DNA of 63,907 bases, the filler included, from Thermoplasmatota archaeon (GTDB lineage: Archaea > Thermoplasmatota > E2 > JACPAO01 > JAHFTW01): assembly GCA_041623215.1 (NCBI GenBank). It is 10 parts of 10 records of this genome, joined end to end, with 100 filler letters (N's around TTAATTAATTAA, not from the genome) between each part and the next. Parts side by side here need not be neighbours in the genome. Positions count along the whole stretch, not along the records: positions 6,725 to 13,330 come from JBFJXH010000098.1; positions 13,431 to 19,968 come from JBFJXH010000099.1; positions 20,069 to 26,510 come from JBFJXH010000100.1; 7 more parts are not named here. One strand, given 5' to 3'. Both the position numbers and the translations under genes were made by a program. The notes under the pieces are model-generated. The model did not search any database. It worked only from the letters and a program-made list of their open reading frames with translations, and was not told where the DNA came from. Of the stretch, positions 10,261 to 20,440 are shown piece by piece (position 1 is the stretch's first letter; every line of letters begins with the position of its first letter).

Positions 10261-10456
10261 GAAGCCGGCGACAACCAAGCAGTTGATGGGTGTGCTGCTG
10301 CGTTTGGTGGGGTGACCATTGGAGCGTTGGTTGCCCTACCGCATGGTCATGAAACTGGAATCAAGGGATATTGGTCTGGCAAGAGAGTGGGGTAGGGGAT
10401 GTCTCCGAAGCCGCCTCCATCGGGCAAACCCTAAGCGTCCGGCTGGCAACGCGGGT

Positions 10457-10760
10457 TTGACCCCGTCGCTTCAGCGCGACTGACGGTAGCCCCCCTCGGG
10501 GGGCAGCTGAGGAAGGTCACCACACCTGTAGGGTGGTCCGCAAGGACTGGCTGGGAGACTGGCCGCCTGGGAGCAGAAACGACACAGTCCGGGGTGCCGC
10601 GTGATGGCAGTTCAAGTGCCTGATTTGGCCTCGGGAATTGGTGAAACGGCCACGGGAACCTGGGTGCAAGGCAGTTGCCGCTAAGTCGAATGTCGCAAGC
10701 GTCACGGCCGTGAGGCGGTGGCGGGAACAGAATGGTGCCTACTCGAAGCTGCGGGGTCAA
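10457..10760 (+). ncRNA. rnpB: Archaeal RNase P RNA
   Basis: P1 ends TTGACCCCG..GCTTC / GAAGC..CGGGGTCAA; P4-region signatures GAGGAAGGTCACC and GAACAGAATGGTGCCTAC; GAAACG and GTGCAAG conserved regions; T-tract after. Confidence 0.9.
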
Positions 10761-10867
10761 TTTTCCTTTCACGTTCGCGGGCGGGGGGCGGTGGCCGTCA
10801 TGCGGCCGCGGGTCCCAGAGAGTCACGGTTGTGGCCGGGACTTTGCGGGTTGCCTCGGCTAGTGGCC

Positions 10868-12079
10868 CTAGGCGTTTGACGCCAAGTGGTACACGGGCAC
10901 GGCGCTTGCGTCGTCGTTGACCAAGGGCAGCCACAGGCCCGTGGCATCCACGGTGAAGTGGACGAAGTCGCTGCTCGTACCTCCGGCCATGGTCAAGTTG
11001 TGGCGCTCTAGCAGGCCGTCACCGAGGTGGGCCAGCATGGGTCGGCCAGGTGCTTCGCCTTCGGACCAGGCAAGCCAGGCGCCTCCGGCGGGGTCGGCTT
11101 CGAGCCACGGACTTGGAAACCGGGGTGACGGCGCTTGGTTGACCTGCTCGAGGTCGCTCCAGGTTGTCAGGTCGGTGGATGTGGTCACGAATATGTCTTG
11201 GCCACGCAGGATGGCCAGCCACACGTCGTTGCCATTTTGGGCGATGGCGGGGAAGCGGCTGCCGGGGTTGTCGGTGACCGTGATGTGCTGCAGGTCGGCG
11301 GTTGTGACCAATGCAAGACGCAGGCCGCCCGTAGCGCCGGTTAGGCTTCCTGCCACGTATGGCACTACGAGTGCGCCGTCTCTAAGGATGGGTCGGCCGG
11401 GAATCCCGTAGTCGTCGCCTTCGGCGCTGATGCGGCGGGCGCTGCCAAACGACGCGCCGGCATCGGTGCTCGTCACGAGCCAGAGGCCATCGGGCGAACC
11501 TTGGTAGCCGACGGCGGTGGCAGCTGAGACAGGCCACCGAGGATAGACAACGTGCGCGGTGTCGCCGTCCACGAGGAGCCACGGCCGTTCCGCTTGCGTG
11601 AAGACGCCGCCGTCGCCCGTGGCGCCAATGAATGTGTTGGTGTTCCAGGTGTCGCCGCCGTCGTCGCTGCGTGCGACTTGTAGGCCTTGGAAGGCAAGCA
11701 CGGCGCCTACGGCGGTTCCTTGTCCGCCTAGGACCAGCGCGAGAAACCAGAGCCGGCCCTGGGCATCCGTCACGAGTGTGCCGTCGCCGCGACCCGTTGC
11801 GGTTGCGCCCTCGGGCAGCGGTGGCCAAGGAACTTCGCTCCAAGTGCCATCGAGGCTGCGTGCAATTGTATCTGTCGTGGCGGCCGTTACGTAGACGGCC
11901 CCGTCGGGGCTCGTGGCCACGGTTGGCTCATAGCAAGAGAACTGGCACCTGGGCAGGCCGTCATGGGCGAACCAGGATGGCTCCGCGGGCGAATCGTCTG
12001 GCTCGTCTGTGGGTTCCTCGGATGGACTGACGCATCCAGCTAGCAAGGCAACGAATAGGACGGACGCGACCACCTTCAT
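10868..12079 (-). CDS. Sialidase/BNR-repeat beta-propeller lipoprotein
   Basis: LLAGC lipobox; Asp-box repeats RSDDGGDTW, STDAGASF, STDLTTW. Confidence 0.8.
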   Translation of the reverse strand: MKVVASVLFVALLAGCVSPSEEPTDEPDDSPAEPSWFAHDGLPRCQFSCYEPTVATSPDGAVYVTAATTDTIARSLDGTWSEVPWPPLPEGATATGRGDGTLVTDAQGRLWFLALVLGGQGTAVGAVLAFQGLQVARSDDGGDTWNTNTFIGATGDGGVFTQAERPWLLVDGDTAHVVYPRWPVSAATAVGYQGSPDGLWLVTSTDAGASFGSARRISAEGDDYGIPGRPILRDGALVVPYVAGSLTGATGGLRLALVTTADLQHITVTDNPGSRFPAIAQNGNDVWLAILRGQDIFVTTSTDLTTWSDLEQVNQAPSPRFPSPWLEADPAGGAWLAWSEGEAPGRPMLAHLGDGLLERHNLTMAGGTSSDFVHFTVDATGLWLPLVNDDASAVPVYHLASNA

Positions 12080-12161
12080 GCAGCCGCCTTCCGGCAAGGC
12101 AACTTCATGTTTCTGGTGCGGTCGCACAAACCGCTAAGCACCTCGCCACTTCGCGCGCCTT

Positions 12162-12887
12162 GTGCAGGATGCCTTGGCGACCTTCTACCGCAACCACCGC
12201 GTCATTCGGCCGCCCACGCCGACGCCAAGCGACGATGTCCCGGTGGACTTGGTTTGCTTCGATATGGATGGCGTTCTCATCGACGAGGGCAGCAGTTGGG
12301 TCATGGTGCACCGGCACTTCGGCGTCGAAAACGAGGCGGGGCTGCGCGCTTATCTGAACGGTGAATTTGACGACGTGGAATTCATTCGTCGCGACGCCGC
12401 GCTATGGCTGGCCAAGAAGCCGCAGATTACGCGCGATGATTTCGTGGACATCTTTCGCGACCCGCCCTTTGTCCCGGGCGCCAAGGAAACGGTCGACGCG
12501 TTGCACGCTAACGGCGTCGAATGCGCAATTGTGAGTGGCGGCGTGGATATCATGGCGGAGCGTGTCGCCGCCCGGCTTGGCATCCATCACGTGGCAGCCA
12601 ACGGATTTCACTACGATGATGATGGGCATTTGACCGGCGACGGCGTCGTGAAGACACCGCTCAATGACAAGGCTGCGCCCGTGCTGGAGTTTGCTCGTGA
12701 ATTGGATGTGCCTCTCGACCGCTGCCTGAGCATAGGCAACAGCTTGCCGGACGTGAGCATGTTTGAGGTCACCGGCCGCAGCATTGCCTTTCACCCCGAA
12801 GATGACTGGACGCGTGAGCACGCAACCTGGGTCCTGGAGGACGGGCCGTTGGATCAGATGTTGCCCCTGGTTTTCCAGCACCGGTGA
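12162..12887 (+). CDS. HAD-IB phosphatase (phosphoserine phosphatase-like)
   Basis: FDMDGVL, IVSGG, K, GNSLPD. Confidence 0.88.
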   Translation: MQDALATFYRNHRVIRPPTPTPSDDVPVDLVCFDMDGVLIDEGSSWVMVHRHFGVENEAGLRAYLNGEFDDVEFIRRDAALWLAKKPQITRDDFVDIFRDPPFVPGAKETVDALHANGVECAIVSGGVDIMAERVAARLGIHHVAANGFHYDDDGHLTGDGVVKTPLNDKAAPVLEFARELDVPLDRCLSIGNSLPDVSMFEVTGRSIAFHPEDDWTREHATWVLEDGPLDQMLPLVFQHR

Positions 12888-12982
12888 CCGCGCAATCCTT
12901 GAGCGACCTCCAAACCGTCAAATACAGCGCCCAAGTGGCCGGCTTCCGCCGAGACGACCCAGGAATGGGCCGTCTCTACTAT

Positions 12983-13055
12983 GGCCCCGGTAGTGTAGTG
13001 GTTAACATAGCAGATTGTGGTTCTGCTGTCCTGGGTTCAACTCCCGGTCGGGGCC
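12983..13055 (+). tRNA. tRNA-His(GTG) with genomic G-1
   Basis: G-GCCCCGG/TCGGGGC-C, GCAGA-TTGTGGT-TCTGC, CTGGG-TTCAACT-CCCGG. Confidence 0.93.
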
Positions 13056-13060
13056 CCTCC

Positions 13061-13285
13061 ATGTCCACGCCTCCTCGGCGTTCGCTGGCGTCGTTTCTTC
13101 GCAAAGGCGCCGCCCTCATCTTGGTCGTAAGTAGTCTCACCGCCGGCATGATTGGCGTGGGCCTTGCGGTGGGTGGCAATGGTTGGGGTTGGTTGATTGG
13201 CGCTTTGGCCCCCGTGGGCATTTGGGCAGCCACGTTGGCCGCGCCGGAAGCGGGCACCAGTGGCTACTGCGACGACAACTTGTGA
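13061..13285 (+). CDS. Small 2-TM membrane protein
   Basis: MSTPPRRSLASFLRKGAALILVV...; starts right after tRNA-His. Confidence 0.6.
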   Translation: MSTPPRRSLASFLRKGAALILVVSSLTAGMIGVGLAVGGNGWGWLIGALAPVGIWAATLAAPEAGTSGYCDDNL

Positions 13286-13430
13286 CCAGAGCGCATCGGT
13301 GTCGCTTCGGCGGCTTTGAATCCCTTGTCCNNNNNNNNNNNNNNNNNNNNNNNNNNNNNNNNNNNNNNNNNNNNTTAATTAATTAANNNNNNNNNNNNNN
13401 NNNNNNNNNNNNNNNNNNNNNNNNNNNNNN

Positions 13431-13876
13431 CCTACTACAGCCGACGCGGCTGGCTTCACGATGAGTGGGCCGGGCCATTCCGGGAACTCCGCCAGGTCGG
13501 TGATGATGCGAGATTCGGGCAGCTGCAGTCCTAGCTTCGTGGCAAGTTCATGGGTAGCTACCTTGCTAAAGGCAACCTCAAAGGCCGTCGCTGTGGGCAG
13601 GGTCGTGGGTACCGTAATCTGCTGGCGCGCGCCGTGGAGCGCGAGTGCCTCTTGGTCATGGCACGGCATGACGAGGTCAAACTCCTCGTCGGCGAGCAAG
13701 GCAAGCCATGCGTCAGGCGTTAATGCTTCGTGCCGGACTGCGATGGCCCGGCTAGCCGCCGCGGCTGCGTTGGGTCCGCACCCCGCGACTTCCACTGTGT
13801 GGCCGGCTCGCCACAGGGAGCGGATTGTCGTCAGAAACGCCCGTGTGTCGTGCCCAAGCACCAAAACGCGGCTCAT
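13431..13876 (-). CDS. ATP-grasp domain protein (3' truncated)
   Basis: SKVATHELATKLGLQLPES, GPLIVKP; ATGA-coupled to upstream deacetylase. Confidence 0.75.
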
Positions 13877-14799
13877 GAAGCCCCCCGCCGGTCGTAGAAG
13901 TCAGACAACGTCTGCCCTTGGAAGCCACCAGTTTTTGCATACGCAAAGAGCGCGTCCAAGTCCGCGTACAGAGCATCGATTGCCCCCGCATCAGGAAACG
14001 TCGGACTGCAACCTGGCGACAGTTCACTGCTGTGGAGCATGAACACCGCAGGCCCGCCTTCCTGGCTTACCTGGTCGAGCAGGCTGGTTAACAGGCCAAC
14101 CTGGCCCACCGCGCGGGGGCGCAGCCATTCCGGGCGGCCAAGCAGGGGGATTGCCCCGAAGCGATGGGGCAAGGCGTCCAACGGAGGCCGGGGGCGTCGA
14201 CGAATCGTCATGGGCACTTCCAGCATGCCGAATTGCCTGTGGGGCCGCTGTAATGCATGGCGATAATCGGGCCCGCCGCGGCCTTCGGGAAGACCGCCTG
14301 CGGCGGCCCAGCTTACATGCGGGGTGACGCTTGAATCCACCACACAACCTGCCCGTTGGACAACTCGTGCCAACCGCTCGTCCCACGCCCACCGCCCGCC
14401 TCGGTGGGACCTTGGTCGCACGCCTAGGGCATCGAGCAATTGGTCGCATGCATAGCCCACTTTAGCTTCCATGATGTCCTCGTCGTAATCTGTGAGGAAG
14501 GGCAGATGCTGCCAGTGCTCTTTGTGGTCTGGGGCGTGGGGTGGGGTTGACCAAGCGTGAACGTGCAGGCCAACTTCTGCCGTTTTCCGGTCAAGCGAAG
14601 AAGTTGCCAGTTGCACGAAATGAGGGTCTGCCGCCATGGCGGGGTCCGTGAGGTAGGTGGCGGGCAGCCCATGGTGGTCGCACAGGGCCTGGAACCGGCT
14701 AAGGCCCCGTGCGTTTCGTGTTGTTGTCTTCGGACTCGGAATCCAGGCGTTGTCTGCCTCAGCATCAATGGTGACGATGAAAGGGGGTCCGTCGGCCAT
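13873..14799 (-). CDS. Polysaccharide deacetylase (WalW-like)
   Basis: FIVTIDAEADN, EVGLHVHAW, SHRGGRW, DSSVTP, FMLHSSELSPG. Confidence 0.85.
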   Translation of the reverse strand: MADGPPFIVTIDAEADNAWIPSPKTTTRNARGLSRFQALCDHHGLPATYLTDPAMAADPHFVQLATSSLDRKTAEVGLHVHAWSTPPHAPDHKEHWQHLPFLTDYDEDIMEAKVGYACDQLLDALGVRPRSHRGGRWAWDERLARVVQRAGCVVDSSVTPHVSWAAAGGLPEGRGGPDYRHALQRPHRQFGMLEVPMTIRRRPRPPLDALPHRFGAIPLLGRPEWLRPRAVGQVGLLTSLLDQVSQEGGPAVFMLHSSELSPGCSPTFPDAGAIDALYADLDALFAYAKTGGFQGQTLSDFYDRRGAS

Positions 14800-14827
14800 G
14801 GCCTTACGGGGGACTCTCGAGGGAGTT

Positions 14828-14856
14828 CAAAAGGGAGGGGAAAGGGAAAAGGGAAG
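14828..14856 (-). terminator. C/T-rich tract after Kelch gene
   Basis: Minus strand CTTCCCTTTTCCCTTTCCCCTCCCTTTTG. Confidence 0.5.
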
Positions 14857-14869
14857 CAAGCGGCCCTAC

Positions 14870-17323
14870 CTATGCAAGGTAGAAGCCGGTTTCGCCGTCG
14901 TAGACGCGGTAGCCGGTGTACATACCGTAGAAGTTCCACGGGTACAAGGCATCGGGAGCGATGCCGTTGCGGTTGCGGCACGTCTGCTCGTTGTCGCTGA
15001 TGTCGACACTGTTGCAGACCGTCTTCTTGTAGCCAGCGTGCTGGATGTTGAACCGAAGCTCGTGGGCGCCAGGCATCTGTGCGTGCAGGGACGAGAACCA
15101 CCAGCCGCCTTCGAAGTCGTCGTTGGGGTTCTTGCGCGGGTTGCCGATGTTCAACAGAATCTCACCGTCAGCGTCAGTGGTGACGATGTATTCGTTGTCC
15201 GCCACAAAGCCGATGGGCATGGCAGCCGTTGACCGGGGATCGGAGCTGCGGCCCGCTTGGTCGCGGCTCTCGTAGTTCTCGCGGATGCGAAGGTTAACGT
15301 TGGCCGCCGGCGACCCGTCAGCGTAGTACAGGCTCGCGTTGATGATAACTGGGTCCGAGATGGTGTAGTTGCCCGTGAACTGGTTCAAACCAGATCGGAT
15401 GGTGATGGGAATCACCACATCGGCGGACGACGTGCGAACCATGTCTGGCTCCTCAGCTGCAGTCACCGTGGCCGTGAGGGTCGTGGCCCCCGCAGTCACA
15501 CCAGCGGCGCTGGGGTCCAGGACGCAGCTCATTTCGTACGGGAATGTGGTCACCGAGGTGTCAATTGATTCCGTGCACGGCGCAGCGAGCCAACCGTTGG
15601 TGGCTACGATGCTGGCGTCAAGGATTGTGTCCTTAGCGCCCGTGTAGGTCACGTTGAACGAGAACGTAGCCACGTGCGAGTTGTTCAGCGCCACATAGTA
15701 GGGGTGCTGGGGTCCGCTGTAGAACGAGGTGCCGTAGTCATCCGTGCTGAGTTCCTTCGTAATGTCGAAATCCACCACATGGGTTTGGAACCGAACAATC
15801 TGCGTGCTGTGCGTGTCGCCGCGTCCTGCCTTGCCGCCGAAGATGTAGGCGTAGCCGGAGGAGGGGTCGTACACAGCAGCGGCGCCGAATACGGCATCCG
15901 ACAGCAGACCTTCGTCATCCAGACCGGTTTGGGCAGCGGTGTTGTAGTGGCTAATCCACGGGTAGGGCCCGACACGGTATTCGATACACGCGTTTTCTCC
16001 AGGGTCGTTACATTGGTTACGGTCGTGGGTGCGGTGCACCAGGTAGTAGCCGTAGCCGCCAGCAACGTGCACGGTTCCGGTCACGTCGTTGTAGAAGGCA
16101 GCCATGTGGGTGCCTTGGCGGTACACTTCGTTGCCGAAGTCGCCGTACTCGGAACTGCCGCCGTTGGTTTCACGCACCGGGGTGTGGCGCGTGAAGGTCT
16201 GGGTACCGACGTCGAAGTGGAGGGTCGTGTTGGCCCAGGCCTCTTCGCCGTGGAACTTGCCGCCCAAAAGGACAATGGTGGTGTCGTCCGCGTCGTAGGC
16301 ACAGGCGTGCCCGTAGGCGGCCTGCGGGAGCGTAGCCGTGATGGTCGCCGTGTCAATGGTCTCGGTGGCGAGGTCAAAGATGAACGTATCATTGTGGTAC
16401 TGGTCGTAGAAGCCAGCCGGGTCAATGGTGTAGCCGAGGGGGCCTTCCTTGCCGCCAAAGAGGTAGGCCTTGTCGCCAATCTTGCAAGCGGCGATGCCGT
16501 GGGCGGCGTAGGGGAGCTTCTCGGACAGAATCTCCGTGGTTCCAGTCGTGGACGTGGGTCCAGGCGTGAACTTGTAGATGTTGTCGGTGTGCTCACTTAC
16601 GACATCCACGTGGTAGCCGCCGAAGATGTAGGCGGAACCGCCGTACCAAACGGCGCTGTTCCAGCCAGCGCCACCGTCGGGGAAGTCGGCGCCGTCGACG
16701 ACAATCAACTTGCTGCCGACCGCGGCGTTAGGGTCGTAGGCGTACACGTGGGGGCTGTACGAGGTTTCCTGGTCGCCGTAGTCAACCCAGGGGTTGAGGG
16801 GGCAGTCGGCGAAGACCAGCAGGCAAGCTTCGTCAGCCAGCGTGGTGTTGTAGGTGCGGTTAACGTCAAAGGGGCTGTCGGAGCCGTCAGGGAGGTAGCC
16901 GTCGCAGAGGTCGTCCACGGGTTCGGCGATGCCGTTGAGGCTAACGGAGCCGTCCAAGGTACCGGGGGAGTCGTCTTCGCCCCAGTTGTCATCGTCGTCG
17001 CCAGGGCTGAGTGTTGTGTATTGACACGTGTCAATCTGGCTGTGGCGGCGGTCGCCGGAATCCACACCGACGGCCGTGTTCTCGCCACCAAAGAGGTAGA
17101 TGATGCCGGACGTCTCGTTCCGTACGGCAGTCAGGCCGGCTAGGCCTTCAGGCAATTCACCGATCTCACCGGGGAAGTCGCTGTCATCGACAGTGGACGC
17201 TTCAACGGTGTTCGAGTCGGGGTTCAGGCCGAGCGTGACGAATCCCACGGCCACCATGACGGCCGCGAGCTTCAGCACGGTTGTGTTCGGGAAAATCGGT
17301 TTACTGCTCAAGACTACCACCAA
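14870..17323 (-). CDS. Secreted Kelch-repeat protein with Ig-like C-terminal region
   Basis: N-terminal hydrophobic helix; six GG-type Kelch motifs (YLFGG, YIFGG, YLFGG, VLLGG, HVAGG, YIFGG); start uncertain. Confidence 0.85.
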   Translation of the reverse strand: MVVVLSSKPIFPNTTVLKLAAVMVAVGFVTLGLNPDSNTVEASTVDDSDFPGEIGELPEGLAGLTAVRNETSGIIYLFGGENTAVGVDSGDRRHSQIDTCQYTTLSPGDDDDNWGEDDSPGTLDGSVSLNGIAEPVDDLCDGYLPDGSDSPFDVNRTYNTTLADEACLLVFADCPLNPWVDYGDQETSYSPHVYAYDPNAAVGSKLIVVDGADFPDGGAGWNSAVWYGGSAYIFGGYHVDVVSEHTDNIYKFTPGPTSTTGTTEILSEKLPYAAHGIAACKIGDKAYLFGGKEGPLGYTIDPAGFYDQYHNDTFIFDLATETIDTATITATLPQAAYGHACAYDADDTTIVLLGGKFHGEEAWANTTLHFDVGTQTFTRHTPVRETNGGSSEYGDFGNEVYRQGTHMAAFYNDVTGTVHVAGGYGYYLVHRTHDRNQCNDPGENACIEYRVGPYPWISHYNTAAQTGLDDEGLLSDAVFGAAAVYDPSSGYAYIFGGKAGRGDTHSTQIVRFQTHVVDFDITKELSTDDYGTSFYSGPQHPYYVALNNSHVATFSFNVTYTGAKDTILDASIVATNGWLAAPCTESIDTSVTTFPYEMSCVLDPSAAGVTAGATTLTATVTAAEEPDMVRTSSADVVIPITIRSGLNQFTGNYTISDPVIINASLYYADGSPAANVNLRIRENYESRDQAGRSSDPRSTAAMPIGFVADNEYIVTTDADGEILLNIGNPRKNPNDDFEGGWWFSSLHAQMPGAHELRFNIQHAGYKKTVCNSVDISDNEQTCRNRNGIAPDALYPWNFYGMYTGYRVYDGETGFYLA

Positions 17324-17478
17324 TGTAGTGGACCCTGGCTATTCCTGCGACCATATTAGGCTTGTGGGTAATCAGGCGGGCCACCAGAGGAACGGCTCGG
17401 GCGACGGTGGCGTGCCGCTCGCCGTCTCATGCCCGAGGGGGTTGCGCTTGCGGGGGGATTTCCGCAGCCTATGATAGG

Positions 17479-17562
17479 CGCCAGCGGCAGGATTTGAACC
17501 TGCATGTCCGTGAGGACGGCAGCTTTCGAGGCTGCTGCAATACCGGGTTATGCGACACTGGC
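17479..17562 (-). tRNA. tRNA-Ser(CGA)
   Basis: GCCAGTG/CGCTGGC, GCAGC-CTCGAAA-GCTGC, long variable arm, GCAGG-TTCAAAT-CCTGC. Confidence 0.93.
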
Positions 17563-17639
17563 GTTGAGCGTCCTAGCCGGCAGCGGTCACCGACTGGGGG
17601 CAGGGCTGCGCTCAAAAGGGACCCCTATTTGCCCGTTTC

Positions 17640-17849
17640 GTGGAAATCCAAGTGACCTTTCGGCCGCCGCGCCGGCCCGGCGAAACGATTCAACTACCGG
17701 ATGGCGCCGACGTCAATGATGCGCTTGCCGCGGTGGCGGAGCGTCCCGAGGTGGTGCTGGTGCTCCGGGGCGGCCAGATTATCGTCGAATCAACGCCGCT
17801 AGTGGACGGAGATGTTCTCGAAATCCTGAGCGCGGCGAGTGGCGGCTAA
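17640..17849 (+). CDS. MoaD/ThiS/SAMP ubiquitin-like sulfur carrier
   Basis: 69 aa beta-grasp pattern, LVDGDVLEILSAASGG with C-terminal GG. Confidence 0.9.
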   Translation: MEIQVTFRPPRRPGETIQLPDGADVNDALAAVAERPEVVLVLRGGQIIVESTPLVDGDVLEILSAASGG

Positions 17850-17993
17850 GCCAACGCTTGTGCGGGGTGGAGGGCAGCCGGCGTCAGGCCTGTTTCCTGG
17901 GCGGAGCGGAGACAAACGGAGATTGACTGGGGTTGAATGTCTCATTCAACCGGTACACCGAGCACCTATGTTCAACGGCTGATTCTGGTACCC

Positions 17994-18914
17994 ATGGCCA
18001 AAGCCATCCTCCTCGTCGCACTGCTCGGCGCAACAGCCCTGGCAGGCTGCACGACCCAATCCGACGCCAGCGATCAGCAAGCCATGTTCCTGGACTTGTA
18101 TGATGACCAACCATTTGGCGGCGGCCAAGCGACGCCGTTTCACACCTGGCTGGTTTCCGGGGACCGCCTCCAGTTCATGCACTGGAACAACGAAGACCCC
18201 GCAGAAGCGGACGGGCTGTTCTTCACCGGCGACGGCTTCCGGGCCATGGGCTGCATCGGCGCCGGAGGCGTCAGCCAAGCAGAGGTTGACGCAGGCTACG
18301 TACATTTCCACAAGGAGTCGGCACCTACGTGGGGCGAAGGCCACCACACCAATAGCGACCCCACCACCATGGGCTGGTGGCTGCGACACCTACAGGTTGA
18401 CCCCAACGCCGACCCCATGAGCGTTGGCGCCAGCGCCGTCGGGGACGTTTATCCTCTCATGCCCTCGTACGAATCGGCCCCTGCCTGCGGCGGTGCGCGA
18501 AGCCTGTACAGCGACACCCCATTCTCGGGCGGCCAAGACACGCCCTTCCATACGTGGCTCGTCGAGGGCGACACCATGAAGTTCCTTCACTGGAACAACC
18601 CCGACCCAGCCAAGGCGAGCGGCCTGTTCTTTGTCGGCGACGGGTTTGCCGCCAACGGTTGCATTGGTATTGGCGGAATCAGCCAGGCGCAAATCGACGC
18701 CGGCTTCCATCATTTCCACAAGTCGGTCAGTCCCACTTGGGGCGAAGGTCACCACACCAACGACCAGGCAACAACGCAGGGCTGGTGGCTACGCCACATT
18801 CAGGTTGACCCCAACGCCGACCCCATGGGCATTGGTGCCAGCCAGCCCGGGGAGGTGTACTCGTTGATGCCCTCCTATGAGGATGCGCCCGACTGCATCG
18901 GAACGACGCTATGA
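17994..18914 (+). CDS. His-rich lipoprotein with two tandem ~136-aa domains
   Basis: ALAGC lipobox; internal repeat with 408-bp period (18096, 18504). Confidence 0.85.
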   Translation: MAKAILLVALLGATALAGCTTQSDASDQQAMFLDLYDDQPFGGGQATPFHTWLVSGDRLQFMHWNNEDPAEADGLFFTGDGFRAMGCIGAGGVSQAEVDAGYVHFHKESAPTWGEGHHTNSDPTTMGWWLRHLQVDPNADPMSVGASAVGDVYPLMPSYESAPACGGARSLYSDTPFSGGQDTPFHTWLVEGDTMKFLHWNNPDPAKASGLFFVGDGFAANGCIGIGGISQAQIDAGFHHFHKSVSPTWGEGHHTNDQATTQGWWLRHIQVDPNADPMGIGASQPGEVYSLMPSYEDAPDCIGTTL

Positions 18915-19339
18915 ATGCCTCACGCGCCGTCGTGCTCGCCGGTCTCGTCGCCGCTGTGGTGCTTGCCGGCTGCACCGACTCGACCATCGACGCCCCTGAT
19001 GCAGGCTCCGACGGGGGTGACTCGTTCGCCGTCACGGTCTCGGCCGATTACAACAGCGGCGGCGGAAACGCGTTCTTGCCGCGAGACATCGCCGTCAAGG
19101 TGGGCGATGAAGTAACCTGGACCATGGATAACGCGGAGCCGCACACGGTTGACTTTGCCGAACCGGGAGCTAGCGAGCGCGCCGGTGTTTCGCAAACCTT
19201 CAGCGGCAACCTCGACGCCGGCACCTCTTATTCGGCGACCTTCACGCAGCCGGGCATCTACGAGTACTACTGCCTGTACCATTCAAGCATGCAAGATGGC
19301 AAGCGCGTTGGCATGGTGGGCACTGTGACCGTCAGCTAG
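18911..19339 (+). CDS. Plastocyanin/halocyanin-like cupredoxin lipoprotein
   Basis: VLAGC lipobox; EPHTV, YYCLYH...GMVGTVTV type-1 Cu ligands. Confidence 0.92.
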   Translation: MNASRAVVLAGLVAAVVLAGCTDSTIDAPDAGSDGGDSFAVTVSADYNSGGGNAFLPRDIAVKVGDEVTWTMDNAEPHTVDFAEPGASERAGVSQTFSGNLDAGTSYSATFTQPGIYEYYCLYHSSMQDGKRVGMVGTVTVS

Positions 19340-19409
19340 CTGCGCGAACCATTGCCATGACCGAGCCGTGGATGGCCGGGCGCTGACCCGTCTTCGAAGC
19401 TTGCCCCGT

Positions 19410-19968
19410 TCATTCACAGCCAGATGTGGATTCCGCCATGCTGTTGGTGGCCGGCTGCCAGGTCCACGCTTCGACGGCGTCTCCCACAGCCTGCTGGACG
19501 AGCCACCGGCCATTGTGCCACGTGTAGGTCACCTTACCGCCGATGCACGGTAGTGCTCCGGGAATGGCCTCGCTGGCCGCGGGGGGACGGCTTGGCAGGG
19601 GCTCCGCAGTCGTTGCGATTGGCTGCACCGATGCCGTTAGAACCTGCTGGCCGTCGGTGGCCATCGCCAGCGTGTGAGTGCCGTTTGCGTAGGTGACACT
19701 CCACCACGGCGCGTACCCATCGGCCGGTTGGCGGTCAGGAACGACGGGAATCCAGAGCGGCCGCGGCAGGGGCGTTTGCATCCAAGCTGGCGGACCCAGC
19801 TCATCACCGTGGGCCACCACGGCCGTCGCTCCTGGCAGGTGCCCACGGGCGGTCGCCTGCGTTGCCTGCAAGGCCGCGGAGACATTGATGCCAATCCGTG
19901 GGCCATAGGCGCCCGTGGCGTCCAGCCAGGTGGGTCCGTGGTGCGGCCAGGCCACGTCCGGATCGGCG
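19410..19968 (-). CDS. Hypothetical protein (5' truncated)
   Basis: Open frame to contig end; no recognisable motif. Confidence 0.45.
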
Positions 19969-20068
19969 NNNNNNNNNNNNNNNNNNNNNNNNNNNNNNNN
20001 NNNNNNNNNNNNTTAATTAATTAANNNNNNNNNNNNNNNNNNNNNNNNNNNNNNNNNNNNNNNNNNNN

Positions 20069-20374
20069 CCAGTAAGCGTGGCGGCGGCCAACGCCGTGCT
20101 AGACGAACTAGAGAAGGGTAACCTGGTGGCAGGCGTGGCGGCACGCGGGCGCATCCTTGGCGAGGCCTTGGATGCCCACAATCAACCGCTTCGCGGAGCC
20201 GGTCTCCTGTGGGGTATTCCTCATGCCAACGCCAGCGAAGTCGTTCAGGCTGCGCGCGCGAGCGGTATTCTTGTGGGTCAGGCAGGTGGCGAGACGGTCC
20301 GGCTCTCTCCCGCCCTCAACATACCTGAAGACCAGCTTGCGGACGCATGCCGGGCCTTGATGCTTGCAATCTAG
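20069..20374 (+). CDS. Class III aminotransferase C-terminus (ArgD/LysJ-like, 5' truncated)
   Basis: AAANAVLD, RGAGLLWG, TVRLSPALNI. Confidence 0.85.
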   Translation, partial: PVSVAAANAVLDELEKGNLVAGVAARGRILGEALDAHNQPLRGAGLLWGIPHANASEVVQAARASGILVGQAGGETVRLSPALNIPEDQLADACRALMLAI

Positions 20375-20440
20375 GGCCGCAGCGACGTGGTGGAATCCTA
20401 GCGCCCGAATCCCCAAGAACCATGGCTGACTGGCGGAGCC

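Noticed and set aside
10431..10934. ORFs overlapping 10.4-10.8 kb
   Set aside because: Region is explained by RNase P RNA
1..17849. UbaA-like E1 plus SAMP-like GG protein as a new system
   Set aside because: Known sampylation/sulfur-transfer components, and on different contigs
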